Shown: in pieces, positions 8,063-17,612 of the stretch
How the letters are laid out: each line of letters opens with the position of its first letter
Position numbering within the stretch: position 1 is the first letter of the stretch
NCBI GenBank assembly: GCA_963729895.1
Contig: CAVSQB010000030.1
Location: forward strand, 1 to 64,000
Source: an uncultured Fibrobacterota bacterium
GTDB taxonomy: Bacteria > Fibrobacterota > Chitinivibrionia > Chitinivibrionales > FEN-1185
DNA: 64,000 nt
Direction of reading: 5' to 3'
Program-made: the position numbers and the translations under genes
The notes under the pieces: model-generated
What the model was told of the DNA's origin: nothing
Databases searched by the model: none
Seen by the model: only the letters and a program-made list of their open reading frames with translations

Positions 8063-8935
8063 CTACACCCTCTTCTGGACGGGCATGCCGAACAGTCCGG
8101 ACGGCCGCACGAGAAGAATGGCCAGCAGCAGCCCGAAAACGATCATGTCTTTGTACGACGACGGCAGGAACGCGGCCGAAACGATCTCGACCGCCCCCAG
8201 TATGAATCCGCCGGCGACCGCGCCCTTGATGCTGCCGATGCCGCCGACAACCGCCGAAACAAACGCCTTCCATCCCACCACGATTCCCATATACGGGTCG
8301 ATGACGGGATAGGCGAGCCCGACAAAAATTCCCGCAACCGCCGCCAGGCCGGTGCCGAGTGCAAAAGTCAACGAGACGACCGTGTCGATGTTGATGCCGA
8401 GGAGGGGCGCGTAGGTCTTGTCCCAGCTCAATGCCCGCATGGCCATGCCCGTTCTGGTCTTGGCCACAAAAAGTTCGAGCGCGGCCATGAGGCCCGCCGA
8501 TGTCGCAATGATCATCAGTTGAACATTGGACGCGGCAAAGGCGCCCACCGCAAAGGTGCGATACCCGATAAGTGCGGGAAATTTCCTGGGCTCCGGTCCC
8601 ACCAGGGCCAGCGTGATGGTTTCCAGAAAAAGCCCCACCGCAAGTGCGGTGATGACGGCGGAAACGCGGGGCGCATTTCGCAAGGGCCGGTAGGCGAGGC
8701 GCTCGATGGCAACGCCGAGGAGCGCGATTGCCGCAAAGGTGAGCGGCACGATCACCGCAAACGGCATCCGGCAGTACGTTGCCAGGAACAGCGCGGCGTA
8801 TGAGCCGACCATAAAAATGTCGCCGTGCGCGAAGTTGATGAGCCGCAGAACGCCGTACACCATGGTGTACCCGAGGGCAATAAGCGCGTAAATGCTTCCG
8901 AGTTGCAAAGCGTTGAGGGATTGCTGGAGAATCAC
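8063..8935 (-). CDS. livH: Branched-chain amino acid ABC transporter permease
   Basis: GSIYALIALGYTMVYGVLRLINFAHG, GGIGSIKGA, RPSGLFG. Confidence 0.93.
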   Translation of the reverse strand: MILQQSLNALQLGSIYALIALGYTMVYGVLRLINFAHGDIFMVGSYAALFLATYCRMPFAVIVPLTFAAIALLGVAIERLAYRPLRNAPRVSAVITALAVGLFLETITLALVGPEPRKFPALIGYRTFAVGAFAASNVQLMIIATSAGLMAALELFVAKTRTGMAMRALSWDKTYAPLLGINIDTVVSLTFALGTGLAAVAGIFVGLAYPVIDPYMGIVVGWKAFVSAVVGGIGSIKGAVAGGFILGAVEIVSAAFLPSSYKDMIVFGLLLAILLVRPSGLFGMPVQKRV

Positions 8936-8975
8936 GGTCGTGCTCTATGAATGAAGGTCTTTGCCGTAAAACACA

Positions 8976-10118
8976 TTACAGCGGACTGATCGAATCAAAA
9001 TATCTGAACGCATTGTCTTTTATCTCAATGACAACGGCGCTTTTCGAGGGAGAACCGGAGCCCGGCGCGAACTTCATGGCGCCCGTAACGCCGTCAAACC
9101 GGCTCAGGTTCGAAAGGCGCGCCAGCACAAGGGCCGGATCGCTGGAACCGGCGGACTTGACGCTTTCGAAAAGCATGCCGAACGCATCATAGGTGAGCGC
9201 GGCAACATCGTCGGGCTTGGACCCGTATCTTGCCGCGTAGTCAGAAATGAACTTCCTCGCCTTTTCTGTTGCCATATCGGCCGCGTAATGCGTGGTGAAA
9301 TACGAGCCCTCAAGAAGGCCCTTGCCGAGTTTGAGGATTTCCTCGGACCCCCACGAGTCGCTTCCCACGATTGCGCCGCCGAATCCCTGCTGCCGCGCCT
9401 GCTGGATCTGCAGCGGCACTTCGTTGTAGTAATTGGGAAGAAACAGCACGCCGGCGCCGGACGTCTTGATTTTTGATAATTGCGCGGTGAAGTCCTTGTC
9501 GCCGGTGGAATACGATTCATACGAAGGGATCTCTCCGCCGGCCCGCGTGAACTCCGCCTTGAACACCTCTGCGATGCCCTTGTTGTATTCGGAGGCCACG
9601 TCGAAAAGCACCGCCGCCTTCCGAATGTTGAGTTTTTTGAGGATGAAGGCGGCGACGACCACGCCCTGGAAATCGTCGGTAAAACAGGCCCGAAACACGT
9701 GCGTGCGGTTTTCGGTAAGTTTGGGGTTGGTCGACCAGGGCGAAATCATGAGCAGCTTGTTACTTTCCGCTACAACCGCCGCAGGAATCGCGTTGCGGCT
9801 GGCATTGGGTCCTATCATGGCAAGCACGCGCCGGCTCACGAATTTCTGCGCAATTGCGGCGGCGGATTCCGCCTTGTCTTCGTTGTCTTCAACGCGCAGT
9901 TCAACCGGGACGGCCTTGCCCGAAACCAATAGACCGCCCTGCGCGTTTACTTCCTCAACGGCCATTGTGGCGGCGTTGACGCACGATCTGCCTACCACCG
10001 GCACCGAACCGGTGAGTTCGGCGTTCACCCCGATTAGGATCGTGTTTGACTTGTGGCAGGACACCATGCAAAGGGTTGCAGCGAGCAACATTGACATGGC
10101 AAGAAGTCGTTTGAACAT
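8976..10118 (-). CDS. Liv-type ABC substrate-binding lipoprotein
   Basis: Signal peptide with lipobox (MVSC), STNPKLT, FRACFTDDFQG, YDA; start ATG 10118. Confidence 0.9.
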   Translation of the reverse strand: MFKRLLAMSMLLAATLCMVSCHKSNTILIGVNAELTGSVPVVGRSCVNAATMAVEEVNAQGGLLVSGKAVPVELRVEDNEDKAESAAAIAQKFVSRRVLAMIGPNASRNAIPAAVVAESNKLLMISPWSTNPKLTENRTHVFRACFTDDFQGVVVAAFILKKLNIRKAAVLFDVASEYNKGIAEVFKAEFTRAGGEIPSYESYSTGDKDFTAQLSKIKTSGAGVLFLPNYYNEVPLQIQQARQQGFGGAIVGSDSWGSEEILKLGKGLLEGSYFTTHYAADMATEKARKFISDYAARYGSKPDDVAALTYDAFGMLFESVKSAGSSDPALVLARLSNLSRFDGVTGAMKFAPGSGSPSKSAVVIEIKDNAFRYFDSISPL

Positions 10119-10175
10119 GGGGCCTGTTCCTTTGGGAAAAAGATGACGGTCGAACGCCGGAGGAGGTTGGAACTC

Positions 10176-10205
10176 AAAATAGGTGCATTTGCAAGGATGG
10201 GTCAA
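10176..10205 (-). promoter_or_regulatory. Putative sigma70-type promoter for the liv operon
   Basis: TTGACC-N18-TATTTT. Confidence 0.45.
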
Positions 10206-10289
10206 GAAAAAGAGGGTGCGACGTGGGTGCCGAGGCGGAAGACCTTTCGGGATTTTCCGGCGCTGACAATGGTTCATCGCCGTGGCCGC

Positions 10290-11411
10290 CTATTTTGACG
10301 GGGCCTTTTTTGCTGCGGGCTTATACCTGGCCCCGCGCAACAGAAGCACGCACGAGTCCGCCGAAACCGAAATTCCCGCATCAGGACCCGGCGCGTCTGT
10401 GCAGGACAAAACCTTCTCTCCAAAACGAAACGCGTCAACTGATTTGCCCGAAATGTCAAACCGCCAGCATTCGGAGCACGTTGTTTCCATAAACATGGGA
10501 AACTGCGACGTGCACCGGCCCGTGCCGCACGAGGAAATGCGGTTGGTTCTGCACGTAAAGCACGGCCCCGCCTCCGGGTTTCCCGATGCGAATCCGATGC
10601 GGTACGCTGCACTTGAGCCCTGCGGCCGTTTGCACCACACGTCGAGCTCCACGGTGCCTGTCCCGATGCAGCCGGGGAGACGCACCCCGGAAGTTCCCCT
10701 GAGGCCGTCCAGTTCCACCACTCCGTTTTCGGCGGAAACGCTGCCGCTGGGCGCCCATGCGCCCAGCGTTGCGCCGTCGAACAGCTCTGTGTACGGCGAG
10801 CGGGCGCCGGAAGGCGGCGACGTGTCGAGCCGTTGCAGCTTAAGGTTCCGGTATCGCACTCCGCCCTTTTCGCCTTCGAGGCAGATGCGGCCGTACCGGT
10901 AGTGATCGTCGCGGAACCGTAGCACTTCCTTGCCGTTGAGCTTGACGGACACCTCCCGGCCGACCGCTCGTATGCCGAAATGCTGCCACACATCAACGGG
11001 AAATTGAACCACGCCCGGGTTGGGCTGCGGCCGGTAGGGGAAATGAATGTGCCCGGTGCCGGGCATGTCCGCGTCGATGTCCATCTTATAACCGTGCAGC
11101 CAGGGAATCCATGCCTCCGCGTCTCCCCGCACCAGCACGCCGCCCTCGCTTTTCCCATTGTAAAGAAAGTCGCCTTCGAGCACGAAATCTGCAAGGTCGA
11201 GGTTGTGGGCGATCCAGCCGTCGCTGCCCTCAAAAACGGAATCGGAAAGGGTCCACGGCTGGATAGACCGATATGCTTTTGTCAATTTCCAGCAGGAGGC
11301 GTCCATCAGGGACGCAAAAGGAACGGGTTTTACCACTCCCTTTTTGGGCTTTACCGGTGCGGCGGCGAGGAGAAAGGGAAGCAAAACGACACACCACAGT
11401 GCGCGGTGCAT
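10290..11411 (-). CDS. Secreted DUF1080 (3-keto-disaccharide hydrolase-like) domain protein with two domains
   Basis: Signal peptide; DFVLEGDF..GGVLVRG..WQHFGI..V.LNG..G.ICLE..YRNLKL; second repeat starts TELFDG.TLGAW. Confidence 0.7.
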   Translation of the reverse strand: MHRALWCVVLLPFLLAAAPVKPKKGVVKPVPFASLMDASCWKLTKAYRSIQPWTLSDSVFEGSDGWIAHNLDLADFVLEGDFLYNGKSEGGVLVRGDAEAWIPWLHGYKMDIDADMPGTGHIHFPYRPQPNPGVVQFPVDVWQHFGIRAVGREVSVKLNGKEVLRFRDDHYRYGRICLEGEKGGVRYRNLKLQRLDTSPPSGARSPYTELFDGATLGAWAPSGSVSAENGVVELDGLRGTSGVRLPGCIGTGTVELDVWCKRPQGSSAAYRIGFASGNPEAGPCFTCRTNRISSCGTGRCTSQFPMFMETTCSECWRFDISGKSVDAFRFGEKVLSCTDAPGPDAGISVSADSCVLLLRGARYKPAAKKAPSK

Positions 11412-11574
11412 AGCGGTCCTTCGGCAACGGCCGTCCGATGGAAGATCGTAGGGACACGATCGCCTGTGCATGATTGTCGCATGGGGACACCACGTGTGTC
11501 AATGGGAAGTCGCGCGGAGGCTGCCATTCAAACGGAAGGAACCATATCCTGTGTCAATTCCGGAACACTTCTCT

Positions 11575-13605
11575 TCATTCCAGCCGGAAAAGGACCGTTG
11601 CGCCTTTGTCCTTTTCACCTTCCATCCACACCGAACCGCCGTGTTTGTCAATGATCCTCTTGACGGTTGCAAGGCCGATGCCGGTGCCCTTGAAATCCTG
11701 GTCCGAATGGAGCCGAACAAAGGGCTTGAAAAGCCTGGGCGCGTGCTGCATGTCGAAGCCGGCGCCGTTGTCTTGGACAAAATAGACGGTTTTCCCGTCG
11801 ATGCGCCGGACGCCGAAATCGATGGTCGCGTGGCTCTTCTTTGAGGTGAACTTCCATGCGTTCCGGATGATGTTTTCCAGAACGATGCGGGCGAGGCCGG
11901 GATCGGCATTGGCGGCAAGATGCGGCGCGGCGTTGAACGCCACGCTCCGCTGCGGGGCCGACGATTTGACTTCGTTGAACACCGAGACCGCAATTGCGGT
12001 AAGGTCGACGGGTTCCCGCCGGACTTCCTGGCGCACTACCCTCGACAACGCCAGAAGATCGGCGATCACCTGGGCCATGCGCTCCACCGACCGCTCGATG
12101 TGCCCCAGCGCCTTGTGCGCGTCGCCGTACGTTCCGGGAATATCCGACTTGAGAACCGCGAGGCAGCCGGATATGGAATGCAGGGGATTGCGCAGATCGT
12201 GCGACACCGAATAGGAAAACGATTCCAGTTCCTGGTTGGCATCGGTGAGTTCGCGGGCCTTCACGCGGAGCAGGTCTTCCATTTCGAGGCGCTCGGTAAT
12301 GTCTATCCCGGTGCTCAGGATAAGCGTCACCGCGCCGGCTTGGTCGAGCAGGGCCGAGTTTGCCCACCGGATGAACCGCTTTGAGCCGTCTTTGGCAACC
12401 CAGTAGTTTTCGAATTCCATGTCCGCGGTCACCGTTCCGTTCATGATGCCCGTAAAAATTTCCCGTATCGGTTCCTTTTCGGACGGCACGAGCAGGAAGT
12501 CCCAGAATATCTTGCCCGCCACCTCCTGAAACGAATAGCCGGTGGTCTTTTCGCACGCCTTGTTGAATATCCTTATCCCGCCCGTCTTGTCGAACCCCGC
12601 AATGAGCCCGCCGGTCGTCTCAATCACGCCGTTGCAGAAATTGCGTTCGTTGCGAAGAGAGACTACTGCGTTGTCAAGTTCAGCCTTCAGGCGGATCGCC
12701 CGGATGCCCTGGGCAAGGTCGCCGGCGAGTTCGGCGAGCAATCGTGCCTCTTCGTCGGGAAACGAATCGGGTTCCTTTGAATAAATGGTGATCGCGCCAA
12801 AGGCGCGGGCGTCGGAGAGCAGGGGAAATGCAATTGACGAAGCGTACCCATGTGCGAGAGCCTGCTCGCGCCAGGGCGCGAACGCGGGATCGGTGATCAT
12901 GTTGTTGCAGCGAGCCACGCCTCCGGTGCGCACGGCGGTCCCGGTGGGGCCCCGGCCGCGCTCGGAATCGGCCCAGGTGAGATTGAGCGCGTCGAGATAC
13001 GACCGGTCGAAGCCGGCGTAGGCTGCGGGCCGTATGGTTTTGGCGCCGTCCTGATCGGCAAAACCGATCCACACCATGGTGTATCCGCAATCGTCAACAA
13101 TGATGCGGCATATCTGGTCGAGGAAGTCTTTTTCGGAGGATGCCGTTGCCATGGCAAGGCGGCTGTTGCTCTGTGCCTTGAGTGCGCGGTTGAGTTTGTT
13201 AAGTTCTTCTTCCTTCCTCTTGCGCTCGATGGCATACCGCACGGAACGAACGATGAGTCTTCCGTCGCACTGGCCTTTTACCAGGTAGTCCTGGACGCCC
13301 ATGCGGACCGCCTCGACGCCGGTCTGTTCGTCATTGACGCCGGTAAGCACGACAATCGGCATGGCGGGGAAGACGTTCCGCACGCGATGGATGGTTTCGA
13401 GGCCGCTGCTGTCGGGGAGGGTAAGGTCGAGAAGCATGGCATGCGGTTGATGGGCATAGACCCGTTCGAGCGCGGCCCCGAGCGACCGCGCCAGGGAGAG
13501 CCGGACATGATTGTCGTCGATCGACTCGATGCTTTCCTTCAGCAGCAGGGCGTCGGTCTCGCTGTCCTCCACGAGAAGGACGCTCAAAATTTCGCGGCTG
13601 TTCAT
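11575..13605 (-). CDS. Hybrid sensor histidine kinase (REC-GAF-PAS-HisKA-HATPase)
   Basis: LLVEDS..LDLTLPDSSG receiver; GAF (RGRGPTG); PAS; SHDLRNP H-box; NAWKF, DNGAGF, GTGIGL. Confidence 0.93.
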   Translation of the reverse strand: MNSREILSVLLVEDSETDALLLKESIESIDDNHVRLSLARSLGAALERVYAHQPHAMLLDLTLPDSSGLETIHRVRNVFPAMPIVVLTGVNDEQTGVEAVRMGVQDYLVKGQCDGRLIVRSVRYAIERKRKEEELNKLNRALKAQSNSRLAMATASSEKDFLDQICRIIVDDCGYTMVWIGFADQDGAKTIRPAAYAGFDRSYLDALNLTWADSERGRGPTGTAVRTGGVARCNNMITDPAFAPWREQALAHGYASSIAFPLLSDARAFGAITIYSKEPDSFPDEEARLLAELAGDLAQGIRAIRLKAELDNAVVSLRNERNFCNGVIETTGGLIAGFDKTGGIRIFNKACEKTTGYSFQEVAGKIFWDFLLVPSEKEPIREIFTGIMNGTVTADMEFENYWVAKDGSKRFIRWANSALLDQAGAVTLILSTGIDITERLEMEDLLRVKARELTDANQELESFSYSVSHDLRNPLHSISGCLAVLKSDIPGTYGDAHKALGHIERSVERMAQVIADLLALSRVVRQEVRREPVDLTAIAVSVFNEVKSSAPQRSVAFNAAPHLAANADPGLARIVLENIIRNAWKFTSKKSHATIDFGVRRIDGKTVYFVQDNGAGFDMQHAPRLFKPFVRLHSDQDFKGTGIGLATVKRIIDKHGGSVWMEGEKDKGATVLFRLE

Positions 13606-14048
13606 GCGTTCCCCGGCAGGGTAGCCACGATCAGCCAGAAATTCGTCATCGATTCGATCACTTGGATGAAGTGCGTGAAATCAACCGGTTTTACGATATA
13701 GCAATTTGCGTGCAGTTTGTATGATTGGTTCACGTCCTTGTCGGAATGCGACGTGGTGAGCACGATGACCGGAATGGTCGCCAGACGGGGATCAGCCTTG
13801 ATATCTGCGAGGACTTCCCGGCCGTCCTTTCTGGGCAGATTGAGGTCGAGCAGTACAAGGTCGGGCTGCGCCGCGGCGGAAAAAGGTCCCTCGCGCCGCA
13901 AATAGGCCATGGCTTTCACGCCGTCCTCCACGTGAATGAGACGGTTGTCCGCCCCGGCGGCGCGAAATGCTTCAATTGCAAGCGCGGCGTCGCTCGGACT
14001 GTCCTCAACCAGCAATATTTCCACGGGCCGGACGCCGTTCGGCGACAT
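13602..14048 (-). CDS. Single-domain response regulator (Rcp1-like)
   Basis: ILLVEDS, PDLVLLDLNLPRKDG, LTTS, ANCYIVKP. Confidence 0.92.
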   Translation of the reverse strand: MSPNGVRPVEILLVEDSPSDAALAIEAFRAAGADNRLIHVEDGVKAMAYLRREGPFSAAAQPDLVLLDLNLPRKDGREVLADIKADPRLATIPVIVLTTSHSDKDVNQSYKLHANCYIVKPVDFTHFIQVIESMTNFWLIVATLPGNA

Positions 14049-14050
14049 CG

Positions 14051-17000
14051 CTACGCTTCTCCCTTGTCTGGAATGGTGAAGAAAAACGCGGCTCCTGCTC
14101 CGGGTTTCGATTCCACCCAGATCCTTCCGCCGTGGCGCTCCACGATCTTCTTGCACACCGCCAATCCGATGCCGGTACCGGGATATTCGCTGCGGGTGTG
14201 CAGCCGCTGGAAGATGAGGAAAATACGTTGTGCGAACTGAGGATCGATGCCGATGCCGTTGTCGCGCACGGCAATAAGCCATTCGTCTGCGCCGCGCTCG
14301 GCGTTCACCGTGATCCGGGGCGGCGTTTCCGCCGAGCGGAACTTTATCGCGTTTCCTAGGAGATTCTGGAAAAGTTGTTGCAATTGAAGAGGGTCCATCA
14401 CCACCGAGGGCAATTCGCCGGCTTCCACCTGCGCGCCGGATTCCTCAACGCTCCTGTGCAGGTTGAGGAGTGCGTGGTCGAGCGCATCCTTCATCCCGGC
14501 AAGCTCCGGCGCCTTGCCCCGCGTGCCGACGCGGGAATATTCCAACAGGCCGTTGATAAGCGATTGCATTCGGTCGACGCCGTCCACGATGAAATTGAAA
14601 TACTCGGTTCGCTTCTCGTCAAGCGTCCCGCTCAGGTGGCGTTTGAGCAGCTCCACAAAGCCCGACACTGCCCTCAGCGGTTCCTGCAGGTCGTGGCTGG
14701 CGACGTACGCGAATTGTTCGAGGTCGTTGTTGGAGCGCACCAGATCCCTGGAGAGTTCCTCGCGCCGTTGCATTTCGCGTGTGAGCGCGTCGTTCGCGGT
14801 TTTTAGTTCTTTGGTCCGCTGCTCAACAAGTTCTTCCACGTGAAGGTGGTGAGATTCCAGTTCCGCCTCTGCGTAGAATCGCTGGAGCGCCTCGCCCACA
14901 AGCGGTGCAATGGTTTCCTCCAGGAAGTGCACGGTTTGGGGGCGCGCCATACCGCTCTTGTGGTCGGCCAGATGGATCGCGCCGAACACCTGATTGTTGA
15001 ACCTGATCGGAACGACGGCCAGGGAGCGGAACCCGCGGTCCATGCACGCGCCGCGGTATTCACCGCGTTCGTTCCTCGAAAGCCCGCTCAGGAATTCCCC
15101 GGTATCGTTGATTGAGAACGATCCGCCGGCAGAAACAAATTTCCGCTCCTGCTCCTGCACACGCTCCACGATCGCCCTGATGCAAATGCAATTGTCGCGA
15201 TCAACGTGCAGCGCATTTTCCACGGCAAGAAATTCTTCGTCGAAGCCGAGGTGCGATTCAAACGGTATGTTGCCGTGTTGGTCCCGGATGCGCACGCCAA
15301 CGAATTCGCATGCGCTCCACCCGCGGATAATGCGTACCGCCGCGTCAAGAAACGCTTTTTTCGAGGAGGTGTGCGCAAACTGCTGTAGGATGCTGTTTGT
15401 AATGAGCTGGTCGGCCGTGCGCTCCGCAACGCGCTGTTCGAGCTCGTCGTGGGCCAGTTTGAGCGACTCCCGGTCTTTTACGTGTACCATCGCGGTGACA
15501 ACCTGGTCGGCAACCGCCTTCATCAGGGAAAGGTCGTCCTTGGAAAACGTCTCGCGGTCCCGCGTGCCGAAGGACAGCGTTCCCATCACCGTGCCTTCGC
15601 TGCTCATGAGCGGGTGGCAGGCATAGGCCTTGATGCCGTACGATCTGACAAGATCGGTGCGGGCGTCGGGCGTTGTCGGGATGTGTCCGGCCACGATGCG
15701 CTCCCCGTCGCGCGCGACGCAACCGCAGACCGCGCTTCCGTAGTCGAGCCATTCCATCTTCGCCGCTTCCCCGGGCGGAATACCGGCGCAGGCGTTAAGA
15801 TGGAGCTTGCCGGCCTTGCCGTCTACAAGGAAATTGAAAAAGACATGGCAGCCGAGGTGTTCCATGACTTTCGTGCACAGCGATTCCACCAGTTTCTGCG
15901 GTTCCGAAGTTTGCAGAAGCTCGCTTGCGGTATGCGAAAGAATGTCGAGGCGCGAAACCAGTTGTTCCTGCGCCGCAAGCGCTTCGCCCCGCCGCTCCGA
16001 CACAAAGGCGAGCTCCACGCGCGCCTTTTCCGCCCGGCGCCCGGCCGCGATTGCGTCCTGCATGATGTTGAGTGCGGCCTTACGGGCAAGTTCCAAGGAC
16101 TGGTTTGCTTCGCGGACCTGGCCGGTACGCTCCGCAACGCGGCGTTCAAGCGTCTGGTACGCCGCGCGAAGTTCCGCGGTTTGTTCCACCACCCGCCGTT
16201 CGAGGGCGGCATTGATGTCAAACGTCGATTTCTCGGCATTCTTACGGTCGGTTATGTCCGTGAACACGGTGGCGAATTTTCCCTTTTCCGGTGAGAACAC
16301 CGAAATCGAAAAGTGCTTGCCCATGGGAGAAAATTCGGTTTCAAAGTGCTCCGGATTGCCGCTTTGTGCGACCCGGGCGTAGATGTCGAGATACGGCGGG
16401 GTTCCGGTGCCGTAAAGCACGGACGCTTTCTTGCCCACGGCGTCTTTGCGGGCGATCCCGGTGAATCTTTCGAATGCCGGATTCACGTCGAGGATGATGT
16501 AGTCGGCGGCGGTTTGGCCTTCATATACAATTTCGTGGTAGGCCAGGCCTTCGCTCATGGATCCGTACAAAGCCTTCAGGCGTTCCTCGTTTCGTTGCAG
16601 TTGGGCGCTTCTGTCCTTCTCTGTTTTGTAAAGACTGACGTATTCCGCCAGAAGGCCGGTCATCAAAACCACGTAGCCGCTCGCGCCCAAGAGCCTAGCG
16701 GCATACCACCAGAAATCGTATCGCTTGCCTCCCACGAGAATATCGGCAAGGGCGAATGCCAGAAACAATTGCGCGAAAGCCACGTAAGCGTAGATTGAGG
16801 CGTTGTTGCCGGCGGGGCGCACATACCGGCGGACGGAGAGCGCTGCGCCGGCCGCAAAAAGGACGAGCTGTACGACGGTTAAAACCAAGTACAGGAGCGT
16901 GAATGATCCGTCTTTTGCAACCAGCAGGGGAAGCACCGGCTCAAAGAAAAGAAGGGTCGCAATTATCAACACCGTGGAGACGGGCCACGATAAAGCGCAC

Positions 17001-17461
17001 CAGACCCATCGGCGGCCGGGAAGCGAGTTGTGCCGCGGCCACGGCGCTAGGGCAGCCGCGGGCAGCATGGCGGCGAATTGGAACATGGTGAGCGTGACGA
17101 TCCATGCCGGCGTGCCCGGCAAACGGCCGATCATCGATCCGCCGGCCGCAGTAAGGCCCGGCCAGGTCAAAATGTAAAGAACGGTCCCTACGCTCCCGCA
17201 AGCAAAGCACGAACCTATCCAGTACGACGATGCGTCGCGCAGCACACCGTACCGGCCCAGGGCCAGGAAGGACACGATGGCAATTGCCATCACCATGAAA
17301 CCGTGCATAAGGGGCACCAGCCACGGTGCGTCGGCAAGCCTCGGACCCGGGCCCCACCACGCGATAAGCCCGATGTGCACGCACAAAAGTATAAAGGCCG
17401 TACCCACGAAAATGGGGAACAGGGGCTTGGAAGGATGGGGTTGCGATATTGCGGTGTTCAT
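14051..17461 (-). CDS. Membrane sensor histidine kinase (MASE-like multi-TM domain, PAS, two GAF, HisKA, HATPase)
   Basis: Multiple N-terminal TM segments; LEQFAYVASHDLQEPLR; NAIKF, DNGIGI, GTGIGL. Confidence 0.92.
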   Translation of the reverse strand: MNTAISQPHPSKPLFPIFVGTAFILLCVHIGLIAWWGPGPRLADAPWLVPLMHGFMVMAIAIVSFLALGRYGVLRDASSYWIGSCFACGSVGTVLYILTWPGLTAAGGSMIGRLPGTPAWIVTLTMFQFAAMLPAAALAPWPRHNSLPGRRWVWCALSWPVSTVLIIATLLFFEPVLPLLVAKDGSFTLLYLVLTVVQLVLFAAGAALSVRRYVRPAGNNASIYAYVAFAQLFLAFALADILVGGKRYDFWWYAARLLGASGYVVLMTGLLAEYVSLYKTEKDRSAQLQRNEERLKALYGSMSEGLAYHEIVYEGQTAADYIILDVNPAFERFTGIARKDAVGKKASVLYGTGTPPYLDIYARVAQSGNPEHFETEFSPMGKHFSISVFSPEKGKFATVFTDITDRKNAEKSTFDINAALERRVVEQTAELRAAYQTLERRVAERTGQVREANQSLELARKAALNIMQDAIAAGRRAEKARVELAFVSERRGEALAAQEQLVSRLDILSHTASELLQTSEPQKLVESLCTKVMEHLGCHVFFNFLVDGKAGKLHLNACAGIPPGEAAKMEWLDYGSAVCGCVARDGERIVAGHIPTTPDARTDLVRSYGIKAYACHPLMSSEGTVMGTLSFGTRDRETFSKDDLSLMKAVADQVVTAMVHVKDRESLKLAHDELEQRVAERTADQLITNSILQQFAHTSSKKAFLDAAVRIIRGWSACEFVGVRIRDQHGNIPFESHLGFDEEFLAVENALHVDRDNCICIRAIVERVQEQERKFVSAGGSFSINDTGEFLSGLSRNERGEYRGACMDRGFRSLAVVPIRFNNQVFGAIHLADHKSGMARPQTVHFLEETIAPLVGEALQRFYAEAELESHHLHVEELVEQRTKELKTANDALTREMQRREELSRDLVRSNNDLEQFAYVASHDLQEPLRAVSGFVELLKRHLSGTLDEKRTEYFNFIVDGVDRMQSLINGLLEYSRVGTRGKAPELAGMKDALDHALLNLHRSVEESGAQVEAGELPSVVMDPLQLQQLFQNLLGNAIKFRSAETPPRITVNAERGADEWLIAVRDNGIGIDPQFAQRIFLIFQRLHTRSEYPGTGIGLAVCKKIVERHGGRIWVESKPGAGAAFFFTIPDKGEA

Positions 17462-17612
17462 GAGATGGTGCGTTTTCTTGTCGAAAGCGAATAGCCGATT
17501 ACCGTCATACGATCTTCAATCCTGCCAAACTATGGATGAGAGCCGTTTCGTTCCGCGCCACCTAAATCCCCCGGAGTGGAAAGATGTTTTCCCTTCAAGA
17601 TAAAACCTTTCC

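Noticed and set aside
6340..10277. Long N-terminal extensions in the ORF track (livF/G/M, binding protein; also PilZ 29445, amidase 43609, glgB 59824)
   Set aside because: They overlap neighbouring genes or promoters; internal starts match family N-termini or stop/start overlaps.
11300..11330. GGGACGCAAA, resembling a c-di-GMP-I riboswitch core
   Set aside because: Lies antisense within a coding gene and lacks the rest of the motif.
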